From Candidatus Latescibacterota bacterium (lineage in GTDB: Bacteria > Latescibacterota > UBA2968 > GCA-2709665), in the NCBI GenBank assembly GCA_965219455.1, contig OZ244744.1, positions 3,680,001 to 3,744,000 on the forward strand: a stretch of 64,000 nucleotides of DNA, given 5' to 3'. The notes beneath the pieces are model-generated. The model did no database searches, was not told the DNA's origin, and was given only the letters and a program-made list of their open reading frames with translations. The position numbers and the translations under genes were made by a program. Positions 19,918 through 30,212 of the stretch are shown one piece after another; the first letter of the stretch is position 1, and each line of letters begins with the position of its first letter.

Positions 19918-21513
19918 ATGCGTTTTTTCAACACGGCCGGTCCCATCAAGCCTGATATTCACTATGATGTCCCGCCGTTGGAACGGGTTGACCTGGACGA
20001 GGTGCTGATGCTGATCGAGCAGCAGAGGTACTTCGTGATGCACGCGCCCCGGCAGACGGGCAAGACGTCTGTGCTGCTGGCCCTGATGGATGAACTGAAT
20101 GGAAGGGGGCGGTATCGCTGCATGTACGTGAACGTCGAGATCGGCCAGTCCGCACGCGAAGACGTGGGGGCGGCCATGCGGGCGATACTGAGTCAATTGG
20201 CTTTGAGAGCGGAGCGCATCCTGGGTGAGCGGATCGTGGAGGAGGTCTGGCGCAGGGCGCTTGAGGACTCGGGCCCCCACGGCGCGCTACAGGAGGTGCT
20301 CAGCCGCTGGGCCGCGGCAGACGTTAGGCCGCTGGTGCTGATGATCGACGAGATTGACGCGCTGATCGGCGACACGCTCCTGTCCGTGCTTCGGCAACTC
20401 CGCGCGGGCTATCCTGATCGGCCTCGCCAATTTCCGCAGACGGTGATCCTGTGCGGGGTGCGCGACGTGCGCGACTACCGCATCCAATCCACGGCGGAGA
20501 ACGCCATCATCGCAGGAGGCAGCGCGTTCAACGTTCGCGCTGAGTCCCTGCGGCTGGGCGATTTCTCACTGGACGAAGTGCGGATGCTCCTGGCGCAACA
20601 CACCGAGACCACCGGACAAATATTCGCAGAGGATGCCCAAAACGCGATCTGGGAACTGACGCAGGGACAACCGTGGCTCGTCAACGCCCTATCTTACGAA
20701 GCCTGCTTTAAGAACAAGGCCGGACGAGATCGCAGCCAACCCATCACTGTCAACGCGATATGCGATGCGAGGGAGCAACTCATCCTGCGCAGAGAAACGC
20801 ACCTCGACCAACTCACCGACAAATTACAGGAGGAGCGCGTGCGCCGCGTGGTCGAACCCCTGTTGAGCGGTGCTGCATCGGATGAGGCGATTCCTCAAGA
20901 CGATCTGGAATACGTGCGCGATTTGGGCCTTGTGAGCCGTCAACGCCCTGTTGCCATCGCCAATCCGATCTATCAGGAGGTCATCCCCCGCGACCTGACC
21001 TATACCACGCAGGAATACCTCGTTCAAGACACAGCCTGGTACGTAGATGCAGAGGGCAAGCTGCGTCTTGCCGACCTGCTGAGCGCGTTCCAGGGGTTTT
21101 TTCGCGAACATTCAGAACACTGGGTCGAGCGGTTCCAGTATAAAGAAGCCGGTCCCCAGTTGCTGTTGCAGGCGTTTCTCCAGCGCATCGTCAATACAGG
21201 TGGGCGGATCGAGCGGGAGTATGGCTTGGGGCGGATGCGTACCGATCTGCTGATCCTGTGGCCTGCGCCCGGCGGCGCCCTGCCCGGTCAAGCGGTTCGG
21301 AAGGCGGTGGTCGAATGCAAGTTGCTCTACAGGAGTCTGGAACAGACCGTGCACGAGGGCCTCGAACAGACGCGCGCCTACATGGATCGCTGTGACGCGA
21401 CCGAAGGGCATCTCATCGTCTTTGACCGCACGGTCGGCAAGTCGTGGGACGAAAAGCTATTCCGCCGCGAGGAGGACATAGGGGATACGAAAGTCACGGT
21501 GTGGGGGATGTGA
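19918..21513 (+). CDS. AAA+ ATPase with a C-terminal PD-(D/E)XK-like domain
   Basis: MRFFNTAGP start, Walker A HAPRQTGKTS, Walker B LMIDEID, C-terminal EREYGLGRMRTDL...VVECK. Confidence 0.9.
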   Translation: MRFFNTAGPIKPDIHYDVPPLERVDLDEVLMLIEQQRYFVMHAPRQTGKTSVLLALMDELNGRGRYRCMYVNVEIGQSAREDVGAAMRAILSQLALRAERILGERIVEEVWRRALEDSGPHGALQEVLSRWAAADVRPLVLMIDEIDALIGDTLLSVLRQLRAGYPDRPRQFPQTVILCGVRDVRDYRIQSTAENAIIAGGSAFNVRAESLRLGDFSLDEVRMLLAQHTETTGQIFAEDAQNAIWELTQGQPWLVNALSYEACFKNKAGRDRSQPITVNAICDAREQLILRRETHLDQLTDKLQEERVRRVVEPLLSGAASDEAIPQDDLEYVRDLGLVSRQRPVAIANPIYQEVIPRDLTYTTQEYLVQDTAWYVDAEGKLRLADLLSAFQGFFREHSEHWVERFQYKEAGPQLLLQAFLQRIVNTGGRIEREYGLGRMRTDLLILWPAPGGALPGQAVRKAVVECKLLYRSLEQTVHEGLEQTRAYMDRCDATEGHLIVFDRTVGKSWDEKLFRREEDIGDTKVTVWGM

Positions 21514-21545
21514 CGGGGGAAGAAAGAAGCAACGACAGCAGAGGA

Positions 21546-21627
21546 ATGGCCCTTCGGCTCATCGGTTTCAGGAACTGGGATGTTGTCCAGCGCCTGCGAC
21601 GATTCGGCGATGCGTTCGACCGTCCGG
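21546..21627 (+). pseudogene. Second, degenerate HicA N-terminal remnant
   Basis: MALRLIGFRNWDVVQRLRRFGDAFDRP aligns with MGRLSGFKYRDVVKRLRYFGFVFDRP at 19733. Confidence 0.7.
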
Positions 21628-21664
21628 TCTTTGAGGTCGCAGCCCGATTGCAATGGAGGTGCCG

Positions 21665-21973
21665 ATGATGGAGATGCTCGAAAGCAAGCTCGACGCGATC
21701 GCGAAAGCGTGCAAACGCCATGGCGCCACTCGGCTTGATGCCTTTGGATCGGCTCTGCGCGGAGACTTCCAGCACGTGCAGAGCGACGTGGATCTCCTGG
21801 TAGAACTTGGCCCCATGGAACCTTATGCTCGAGTCGATGCCTACTTCGGCCTGCTGGAAGCGCTGAGATCGATATTGGGGGAGCAAGTGGACCTGGTGGT
21901 TTCAGGAGCCGTGAAGAACTGCTATATCGCAAGTGAAATCGAGCAGACAAAAGAGTTACTGTATGTCCCGTGA
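21665..21973 (+). CDS. mntA: Minimal nucleotidyltransferase antitoxin (MntA, type VII TA)
   Basis: AFGSALRGDFQHVQSDVDLLV (GS-x-DxD); SD ggagg at 21655-21659; overlaps the HEPN gene. Confidence 0.9.
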   Translation: MMEMLESKLDAIAKACKRHGATRLDAFGSALRGDFQHVQSDVDLLVELGPMEPYARVDAYFGLLEALRSILGEQVDLVVSGAVKNCYIASEIEQTKELLYVP

Positions 21974-22322
21974 CGCGAGAGCATACCTGTCTGATGTAAT
22001 CGAGGCCTGCGACGCAATCACTAGCGCTGTCCGTGGGCTCGATTTGCGAAGCTACGAAGGCAACCGGCTCGTGCGTTCCTCCGTCGAACGTGAATTCATC
22101 ATCATCATCGGCGAAGCTCTCGCAGCTGTCAACAGGTTGTCGAAGGAGATCTTCGGCAGCATAACACGGGCTCGACGAATCGTGGACTTTCGCAATCAAC
22201 TGACACATCAGTATCCAAGCGTGGATGACGGTATCGTCTGGGCGATCATTGAACGGGATGTTCCCGTGCTGCGAAGAGAGTGCGCGGCATCGGTTCAACG
22301 CATGCGTCTATCCGATGAATAA
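21963..22322 (+). CDS. hepT: DUF86/HEPN ribonuclease toxin (HepT)
   Basis: MSRDARAYLSD..., SSVERE..IIGEAL, FRNQLTHQY (Rx4HxY), VWAII. Confidence 0.9.
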   Translation: MSRDARAYLSDVIEACDAITSAVRGLDLRSYEGNRLVRSSVEREFIIIIGEALAAVNRLSKEIFGSITRARRIVDFRNQLTHQYPSVDDGIVWAIIERDVPVLRRECAASVQRMRLSDE

Positions 22323-22362
22323 ACATCCCAAGAAGGACGGTGATGGGGCCTGAAGGCTTCCG

Positions 22363-22779
22363 GTGGCTGAGACTCCGGACCGGACGATCAACGCGGGCGA
22401 AAACGACAGCCCCCAGTGCACCGGATATCTGTGGGAGATCAGCCAAAAGGGGAGAAACGCGATGGAACTGATCCCGGGCAACGATAACGTATTCAAAGAT
22501 ATCGGTTTTGATCGCGCAGAAGCGGCGAACTTAAGTGTGCGGCCTGATCTGATGCTGGACCTGAGAAAGTACATCGAATCGAAAGGGTGGACCCAGCGCG
22601 AAGCGGCCGCGTTTTCCGCATCGGTCAGTCGTTACGAGACACGCGCACTGCGGCACCTGCGAAGCAGGGTCGTCGCAGATTGCGACGCATGGTACGATCT
22701 GGACGAGGACGGGACGATTGGTTTTGGTGATTTTCTGCTTTTTGCCAACGCTTTCGGTACGCATAATTCTTCAACCTGA
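22363..22779 (+). pseudogene. Chimeric relic: propeller-gene 3' end + HigA-like N-terminus + EF-hand tag
   Basis: 22363-22440 copies 19174-19251; ATG 22462 begins NDNVFKDIGF..EAANL...YIESKGWTQREAA; the end encodes YDLDEDGTIGFGDFLLFANAFG. Confidence 0.8.
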
Positions 22780-22909
22780 CCCGTCTGCCTCGTGCGAGAA
22801 TTATTGACTGTCGCCAACGGGTCCCCGGTTTTGAAGGCGTTGGAATGGGATGTTTTCGTACCTGTGATTGCAGGAGTCTGGCGTCTGGTCTTAAGCGGAG
22901 GATAGTCCA

Positions 22910-25324
22910 ATGAACACCGGGATCCGTGTGTTCGCAGGTCCAGCCACTCTGTTTGCCTGCGTTCTCACTTTGCTTTCCTCTATACATACGCGCGATGTCT
23001 GTGCTCAGCAGACCGGGTCGACAATCCCGCCAGTTATGGCTGGTGACTTCAGTACCTGGCACCTGCCGGATGGCGCCCTTGCCCGCCTGGGCAAGGGACA
23101 CGTCAGTGAAAGCGATCGTACGCTGGCCTTCGCGCCGAATGGCCGGTACTTCGCCCTCGTCGGGTCTGTCGGTGTGTGGTTGTACGAGGTGGAGCCCTCT
23201 CGCCTCATCGCGCTCCTTCCGTCAGAGGAGAATGCATATTCAGTGGCGTTTTCCCCGGATGGATCGACGCTCGCTTCCGGATTATACAGCGGCATGATTG
23301 AGTTATGGGAAGTCGAGACGGGTACGCGGATTGCCACCATTCAAGGACCGAGTTGGATCAAAGTCAATTCGTTGGCGTTTTCTCCCGACGGACGCACCCT
23401 GGCTGCCGGGACAGAGGGCAACGATATTTATCTGTGGGAAGTATCCACGCGAACAGGGTTTGGGACGCTGGATGGGCATAAGGATCCGGTACGCTCGTTG
23501 GCATTTTCGCCAGACGGTTCGATTCTGGCTTCCGGATCCGTGGACAAGCGCGTCAAGCTTTGGGATGTAGCGTCGCGGGAGGAGGTCTACACGTTTTTGG
23601 GCCACACGGACGGGATAAATTCGGTGGCGTTTTCGCGGGACGGATCCACACTCGCTTCAGGTTCCTGGGATAAGACGGTTGTCTTATGGGACGTCGCTGC
23701 CCGAAAGAGGATAACGCGGCTGTCGGGTCACAGTCGTTCTGTGAATTCAATCGCATTGTCCCCCGACGGCACTCTGGCATCCGGGTCTTTTGACGGCACA
23801 ATCGTGATTTGGGATCTGGCGACCCGCAAAAAGATCGCCAGGATGGCGGAGCCTGGCGTTTGGGTTGGGTCGGTGGCGTTTTCACCAGACGGGGGCACGC
23901 TTGTTTCCGTGGCAACCGACGGTGCGGTTTGGGTGCGGAACATTGAGACGGGAAACACAGAGACGATCGCCGGTCACAATAATGCCTTCTCAATGGCGAT
24001 TTCCCCGGATGGGCTTACGCTTGCTGCCGGTGAGGCGGGGGGCGAGATCCAGCTTTGGGACGTGGCAACCCATGATGAGATCGCCAGATTGCGCGGACAA
24101 CCTGGACTGGTACATTCGCTGGCTTTTTCGCCCGACGGGGCACGGTTGGCGGTTGGGGCCCATGACCTGACGATCCAGCTGTGGGACGTAGCGACCGGCA
24201 AAAGGATCACCACATTGAAGGGACATGAGTCATTTATCCTGTCGCTGGCTTTCTCGCCCGACGGAGCCCTGTTGGCTTCCGGTTCAATTGACAGAACGGT
24301 CAAGCTATGGGATCTGGCGAAGCGAATTGATATTGCGACCCTGGATGGACACGCTGACAGGGTTACGTCGGTCGTTTTTTCGCCGGAAGGGTACACCCTG
24401 GCTTCCGGCTCGTATGATGAGACGGTTCAGTTGTGGGACGTGGCGGCGAGAGAGCGAATCGCCATTCTGGACCGGCACACCGGCTTTGTCCGTTCCTTGG
24501 CAATTTCGCCTGACGGGTCTATCCTGGCTTCCGGTGCATCTGACAATAAAATCCTGCTGTGGGACGTCGAGGCCGGAGAAGAGATCTCCGCGCTTGAGGG
24601 GCATGGGCAAGAGATCCGTTCAGTGGCGTTTTCGTCTGACGGGTCTACGCTGGCTGCCAGCGAGGTTGGAGGGGCGATTCAGCTTTGGGACACGACTGTG
24701 GGAGAAAGGATTGCCAATCTGGGCGGTCGCAACGGTTCGGTCAACTCCGTTGTGTTCTTGAACGACGGAGCGACCCTGGCTTCTCTCTCCTGGGACGGTA
24801 CCGTGCTGCTCTGGGATATGCGGGTTTTCCTGCCCTGGCCACATGCATTGGAGATTGTCTCGGGCGATGATCAGGAAGCGTTGCTGGGTTTGCAGGTGGC
24901 GCAGCCGCTTGCTGTTCTGGTAAGGGATCAGTATGGTGCTCCCCTTGAGGGAGCTCGGGTCAGATTTGCTGTTGTCTCCGGGAGTGGAACACTTGCCGAA
25001 GAGAACGCGGTGACGAATTGGAGTGGCCGGTCTTCAAGCACGTTAAGGGTTGGACGGGAACTGGGTACGATCACTGTCGAGGTGACCGTCGTAGGGATGG
25101 AACAGTCCAAGACCTTCGTCATCAGAGCCGTACCTTCGCCCGACTTTAATCTCGACGGCGCCGTAGATTTTTCCGACTTTCTGGCGTTTGCTTCCGTATT
25201 CGGACTGAATCAGACCGACCAGGGCTTTGACCCGCTGTACGATTTGGACGAGGATGGGTCCATCGGCTTCGGGGATTTTTTGATGATTGTCAGGGCATTT
25301 GGTAAAGAACCGACGATTAATTGA
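22910..25324 (+). CDS. Secreted WD40-repeat protein 1 with Big_1 and dockerin-like EF-hand tail
   Basis: Signal peptide; WHLPDGALARLGKG; about 14 GH..V.S.AFSPDG..LASGS.D..V.LWD repeats; IVSGDDQE Ig-like domain; PDFNLDG...YDLDEDGSIGFGDF. Confidence 0.95.
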   Translation: MNTGIRVFAGPATLFACVLTLLSSIHTRDVCAQQTGSTIPPVMAGDFSTWHLPDGALARLGKGHVSESDRTLAFAPNGRYFALVGSVGVWLYEVEPSRLIALLPSEENAYSVAFSPDGSTLASGLYSGMIELWEVETGTRIATIQGPSWIKVNSLAFSPDGRTLAAGTEGNDIYLWEVSTRTGFGTLDGHKDPVRSLAFSPDGSILASGSVDKRVKLWDVASREEVYTFLGHTDGINSVAFSRDGSTLASGSWDKTVVLWDVAARKRITRLSGHSRSVNSIALSPDGTLASGSFDGTIVIWDLATRKKIARMAEPGVWVGSVAFSPDGGTLVSVATDGAVWVRNIETGNTETIAGHNNAFSMAISPDGLTLAAGEAGGEIQLWDVATHDEIARLRGQPGLVHSLAFSPDGARLAVGAHDLTIQLWDVATGKRITTLKGHESFILSLAFSPDGALLASGSIDRTVKLWDLAKRIDIATLDGHADRVTSVVFSPEGYTLASGSYDETVQLWDVAARERIAILDRHTGFVRSLAISPDGSILASGASDNKILLWDVEAGEEISALEGHGQEIRSVAFSSDGSTLAASEVGGAIQLWDTTVGERIANLGGRNGSVNSVVFLNDGATLASLSWDGTVLLWDMRVFLPWPHALEIVSGDDQEALLGLQVAQPLAVLVRDQYGAPLEGARVRFAVVSGSGTLAEENAVTNWSGRSSSTLRVGRELGTITVEVTVVGMEQSKTFVIRAVPSPDFNLDGAVDFSDFLAFASVFGLNQTDQGFDPLYDLDEDGSIGFGDFLMIVRAFGKEPTIN

Positions 25325-25457
25325 AACAAGGATCGGACACGCGGCGGGAAAGATGGCCGGAGCGAGGATCCGACCAACACTTGAATAAGCTCTGATAAGC
25401 CACCGGACGAGGCACCATTTAACCGCAAATGGCACGTCACACAATCCCGTATTTCAG

Positions 25458-27536
25458 ATGAAAAAGGTCAGCTTGTTTACCCACGCTATGGTTTTGGCCG
25501 GCGTTTTATTTGCGCAAGCCAGCGATTCGCGGGGATACACCCGATGGAATTTGCCCGAAGGCGCAATCGCTCGCCTGGGTAAGGGATATACTTTCTTCGG
25601 CGACCGTTCAGTAGCTTTCTCACCGGATGGGGCGCGTCTGGCGGTAGGCAGTACCATCGGTGTCTGGCTATACGAAACCCACACCGGTGCCGAAGTTGCC
25701 CTGTTTACGGAGGGTGGCTGGGTCACTTCGGTGTCATTTTCGCCGGATGGGAAGACCCTCGCTTCGGGATTAGCGGACGGTACGGTACGTTTGTGGGACG
25801 TCTCCGCACGTATAACAGCCGCCATCCTCGAGGGGCATGCGTCTTGGGTCTGGACTGTGTCGTTTTCGCCGAATGGGAGGACTCTCGCTTCAGGTTCGGT
25901 TGATGGAACGGTGCGATTGTGGGACGTCTCCACGGGAACGATCGCCGCCGTTCTTGTGGGCCATGCAGGTCCGGTGTGGTCGGTATCGTTTTCGCCGGAT
26001 GGGAAGACCCTCGTTTCCGGTTCTCGGGATAAAACGGTGCGGATGTGGGACATTTCCACGGGAAGGACGATTGCCATCTTTGAAGGACACGAGGAGACGG
26101 TCCATTCTGTATCGTTTTCACCGGACGGGAGGACTCTCGCTTCCGGATCCTATGACAAGACGGTGCGTTTGTGGGACGTATCGACGGGTGCAACCAACGT
26201 CATCATTGAAGGGCTAACGTCTTGGGTCAGGTCGGTATCGTTTTCGCCGGATGGTAAGAAGCTTGCTACCGGGTCCAGGGATGGCAAAGTGGTATTGTGG
26301 GACGCAGCGAGCGGCGGGGTCAGGGGCGTATTGTGGTATACGTATGAAGTCATTTCGGTTGTGTTTTCGCCGGACGGAACCACACTTGCCGCCGCGGCCA
26401 CTGGTGAAAGGGACGATACGGTGCGTTTGCTGGACGTGGCTACGGGAGCAACCAGGATTGTCCTTGAAGGTCATATGTATTGGGTCTGGTCGGTGTCGTT
26501 TTCACCGGATGGGACGACTCTAGCGTCCGGCCCAAGGGATGGCAAGGTGCGCTTGTGGGACGTAGCCACACGAGAAACAACCGCGATCGTCGACCGGCAT
26601 GTCTATTCGGTTTATTCAGTGTTGTTTTCACCGGATGGGAGAACTCTCGCTTTCGCGTCACGGGATGCGACGGTGCGGTTGTGGGACGTGGCGACCGAAT
26701 CGACGACCGCCATTCTTGTTGCCATGGGCAGACGCAGCACATTCAAATCTGTGTCGTTTTCTCCGGATGGTAAGATTCTTGCTTCCGGATCGGAAGGTGG
26801 CAACGTGCACCTGTGGGAGGTAGCAACCGGAGCGACAATTGACGTTCTTGAAGGGCATAGTTGGTATGTTGAGTCAGTTTCGTTTTCACCGGATGGGAAG
26901 ACTGTCGCATCCGGCTCATGGGATGAGACCGTGCGTTTGTGGGACGTCGCTACGGGAGAAGCCGATGCCATTCTTGAAGGACATAAGGGATATGTGTTTT
27001 CGGTGTCGTTTTCACCGGATGGAAGGACTGTCGCATCCGGCTCCTCGGACAAGACGGTGCGTTTGTGGGACGTGGAAACGGGAACAACCACCGCCATCCT
27101 TGGAGGCCATACGGAGCCTGTCATTTCGGTTTCATTCTCGCCGGACGGTACCACCCTTGCATCCGGTTCGAACGACAACGACGTGCGTTTGTGGGATGTA
27201 GCAACGGGAGCGACCACCGATATTCTTAAGGGCCATTCACATAGGGTTACCTCCGTGTCGTTTTCGCGGGACGGAACAACCCTCGCTTCCGGTTCCGGCG
27301 ACGGCACGATTCTGCTGTGGGATATGTCGCTCTACATCGCACCTCAAACCGCTGGCCCCGATTTTGATCGGGACGGCGCCGTTGGTTTTGGCGATTTTGT
27401 CGCGTTTGCGTCCGTGTTCGGGTTTGAAAAGGGCGACACCGGATTCGACGCACGGTTCGATTTAGATGGCGATGGGACCATCGGGTTTGGTGATTTTCTG
27501 ATCTTCGCCAACGCCTTCGGCAGAAAACGGTCGTAG
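25458..27536 (+). CDS. Secreted WD40-repeat protein 2 with dockerin-like EF-hand tail (no Big_1)
   Basis: MKK signal peptide; WNLPEGAIARLGKG; about 14 WD40 repeats; PDFDRDG...FDLDGDGTIGFGDFLIFANAFG. Confidence 0.95.
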   Translation: MKKVSLFTHAMVLAGVLFAQASDSRGYTRWNLPEGAIARLGKGYTFFGDRSVAFSPDGARLAVGSTIGVWLYETHTGAEVALFTEGGWVTSVSFSPDGKTLASGLADGTVRLWDVSARITAAILEGHASWVWTVSFSPNGRTLASGSVDGTVRLWDVSTGTIAAVLVGHAGPVWSVSFSPDGKTLVSGSRDKTVRMWDISTGRTIAIFEGHEETVHSVSFSPDGRTLASGSYDKTVRLWDVSTGATNVIIEGLTSWVRSVSFSPDGKKLATGSRDGKVVLWDAASGGVRGVLWYTYEVISVVFSPDGTTLAAAATGERDDTVRLLDVATGATRIVLEGHMYWVWSVSFSPDGTTLASGPRDGKVRLWDVATRETTAIVDRHVYSVYSVLFSPDGRTLAFASRDATVRLWDVATESTTAILVAMGRRSTFKSVSFSPDGKILASGSEGGNVHLWEVATGATIDVLEGHSWYVESVSFSPDGKTVASGSWDETVRLWDVATGEADAILEGHKGYVFSVSFSPDGRTVASGSSDKTVRLWDVETGTTTAILGGHTEPVISVSFSPDGTTLASGSNDNDVRLWDVATGATTDILKGHSHRVTSVSFSRDGTTLASGSGDGTILLWDMSLYIAPQTAGPDFDRDGAVGFGDFVAFASVFGFEKGDTGFDARFDLDGDGTIGFGDFLIFANAFGRKRS

Positions 27537-27680
27537 AGTCGGCGTTGTGTATAAAGCGAGTGAATCCTTCAACCGAGATTGGCCGGAATCTGAAAGGATG
27601 GGTCTACCAGTGATCCGGGCCTTGCGCCTGACCATTGGCAGGATGAGTGAAATCCGGTCTATATTACACAGGGCATCGTA

Positions 27681-30104
27681 ATGAACCGCCGAGCACTTTT
27701 TACCACCGCGCTGGAATGGTTCATCGCCTGCCAAATTGCGTTTCCATTCGCTTTGATTCCAGGCGACGCCTTCGGTCAGAAGACACAGGCGCGTGTCCAC
27801 GTAACTCCTGATGATGACTATCGAAATTGGCAATTGCCCGGCGGCGCAATGGTCCGCCTGGGAAAAGGTCACCTTGCTCAACGAAACACGCCATTTGCCT
27901 ACTCAGCGGATGGTCGAACTCTTGCCGTGGCGAGTAGTATAGGCATCTGGCTTTACGATGTAGCCACCACTCGTGCTCTTGCGCTGTTACCCACTGAACA
28001 TAGAGTCCAGGCCGTCTCGTTTTCGCCTGACGGGATGACCCTCGCGTCCGGGGAAAGCAGAACCGTCAAACTGTGGGACGTGACGGCAAGGAGCCACATC
28101 AGGTCCCTCGAGCATCTGAAAACGGTCTCTTCCATATCATTTTCGTCCGACGGCACGTTTCTGGCGTCCGCGGTGTACAGAGACGTCATAATTTGGGAGG
28201 TAGAGACGGGTAAACAGGTCGCCTCGCTTGCGCACCAAAAACGCGTCACAGCGGTTCTTTGTTCTCCCATCGGGACGATTCTCGCGACCAGTCAGGGTAG
28301 AGACGTGAACATGTGGGATTTGGCTACCAGAGAACAGATCGCCACATTTAAACATCCGAAATGGGTCACTGCGATTTCATTTTCGCCCGGTGGCTCGACC
28401 CTGGTTTCGGGTTCAGATGATTCGAAGATCAGGTTGTGGGACGTGGCCACAGAACAACAGATCGGTATTTTCAGGCATGAGAGTTCGGTCACTTCGGTAT
28501 CTTATTCTCCCGATGGTTCGACCCTCGCTGCGGGCGCATACAATAAGAAGGTTAAGCTCTGGGACGTGGCGACGAGGAACCATACCGCCACCCTGGAGCA
28601 CCTGGGAACGGTGTCTTCGTTGTTGTATACGGAAGTGCTGTTTTCTCCCGACGGCTCGACCCTGGCTACGGGATCTCTTGATGGCACATTAAGGCTCTGG
28701 GATGTCGAGGCGAGAAATGCGGCTACGATTGAGGGGCATGTAAAAGCGGGCCGGTCCGTTTCATTTTCTCCTGACGGTTCGACCCTCGTAATGGGGCTAA
28801 GAGACGGCAAGATCAAACTGTGGGACGTAGATAAAGGAACTGTTGTTACGATTCAAGGACATGCCCGGGGAGTACGTTCCGTGTCGTTTTCGCCCGATGG
28901 GGCTTCGCTTGTTTCCGGGTCAAGCGATAAGACCATCAAGCAATGGGATCTGGCCACAAGAGAACACGTCGCAACCTTTGTGGGGCATACAGGACCGGTT
29001 AATTCGGTTTCATATTCATCCGACGCAACTATGTTGGCGTCCGGTTCAGCTGATAAAACGGTCAGGCTGTGGGACGTTGAAACAAGAATGCAGATCGCCT
29101 CTTTTGAATGGCATACGAGAACGGTAAACTCTGTTTCTTTTTCTCCAGATGGGGCGTTCGTCGCTTCTGCATCCGGAGATGAAACGGTCAAGCTGTGGGA
29201 CGTGGCGACCAGAGAACAGGTCGCCACGTTCGATGCCCATTCTTCACTTGTCCTCTCCGTGGCATTTTCGCCCGACGGGGCGACTATCGCTTCCGCGTCG
29301 GCCGATAGGACGGTCAGGATATGGGATGTAGCGAAGAGAAGACACATCGCTACCCTTGCGCTTTCCGGACCGCTGGAGTCCGGGCCAATCGAGAGCCCGA
29401 CGGTAGTATTTTCCCCAAATGGTGCAACACTTGCTTCCGGGTCAAGTGGTGGAACAGTATCTCTGTGGAACACGTCGACAAGAAAAGAGATCGCCGCCTT
29501 CTCGGGGCACACGAGGCAAGTCACGTCTTTGTCATTTTCGCCCAACGGGAACATCCTCGCTTCAGGATCTTACGACGGCACCGTTCTGGTGTGGGATCTG
29601 CAGAGTTCCCCACGCAGGCCATATACATTCGTGAAGGTCTCAGGCAAGAAACAGGAAGGTGTGGTTGGTTCGCGGTTGACGAAGCCGTTTGTCGTGATCG
29701 TACGGGATCAATTCGGAGATCCGTTGCCGAACGCACAAGTCAGGTTCGTCGTTGTCTCGGGAACAGGGACTCTGGCCGTCGAGCGTACATTGACGGGCTC
29801 GGATGGACGGGCAGCCAGCAGGTTGACGTTAGGACGGGAACCGGGCGAAATCACGGTTGAGGTAACCGTCGCAGGATTCGAACATTTCCTCACCTATGTC
29901 GTAAAGGCATTGCCTTCGCCCGACTTCGATGGCGACGGCGTGGTCGGATTTGGCGATTTCGTGCAATTCGCACCGTTGTTTGGAATAGGTCAGGACGAAG
30001 CAGGATTCGACCCACGGTACGATCTGGATGAGGACGGGAGAATCGGATTTGGAGATTTCGTGATCTTTGCCAAAGCATTCGGTAAAGAAGCAACATCAAT
30101 CTGA
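27681..30104 (+). CDS. Secreted WD40-repeat protein 3 with Big_1 and EF-hand tail
   Basis: Signal peptide; WQLPGGAMVRLGKG; WD40 repeats; KVSGKKQEG Ig-like domain; EF-hand tail; close paralogue of protein 4. Confidence 0.95.
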   Translation: MNRRALFTTALEWFIACQIAFPFALIPGDAFGQKTQARVHVTPDDDYRNWQLPGGAMVRLGKGHLAQRNTPFAYSADGRTLAVASSIGIWLYDVATTRALALLPTEHRVQAVSFSPDGMTLASGESRTVKLWDVTARSHIRSLEHLKTVSSISFSSDGTFLASAVYRDVIIWEVETGKQVASLAHQKRVTAVLCSPIGTILATSQGRDVNMWDLATREQIATFKHPKWVTAISFSPGGSTLVSGSDDSKIRLWDVATEQQIGIFRHESSVTSVSYSPDGSTLAAGAYNKKVKLWDVATRNHTATLEHLGTVSSLLYTEVLFSPDGSTLATGSLDGTLRLWDVEARNAATIEGHVKAGRSVSFSPDGSTLVMGLRDGKIKLWDVDKGTVVTIQGHARGVRSVSFSPDGASLVSGSSDKTIKQWDLATREHVATFVGHTGPVNSVSYSSDATMLASGSADKTVRLWDVETRMQIASFEWHTRTVNSVSFSPDGAFVASASGDETVKLWDVATREQVATFDAHSSLVLSVAFSPDGATIASASADRTVRIWDVAKRRHIATLALSGPLESGPIESPTVVFSPNGATLASGSSGGTVSLWNTSTRKEIAAFSGHTRQVTSLSFSPNGNILASGSYDGTVLVWDLQSSPRRPYTFVKVSGKKQEGVVGSRLTKPFVVIVRDQFGDPLPNAQVRFVVVSGTGTLAVERTLTGSDGRAASRLTLGREPGEITVEVTVAGFEHFLTYVVKALPSPDFDGDGVVGFGDFVQFAPLFGIGQDEAGFDPRYDLDEDGRIGFGDFVIFAKAFGKEATSI

Positions 30105-30212
30105 CGTGTCTGACGAAAGGGCTGCGATTTGTCGGCAACATGGCCGACGATCGCACCGAGTCGGGGAAGTTCACGCACCAGCGGTTTTCTGAGTAAAATG
30201 TCCGTTGCTTAA

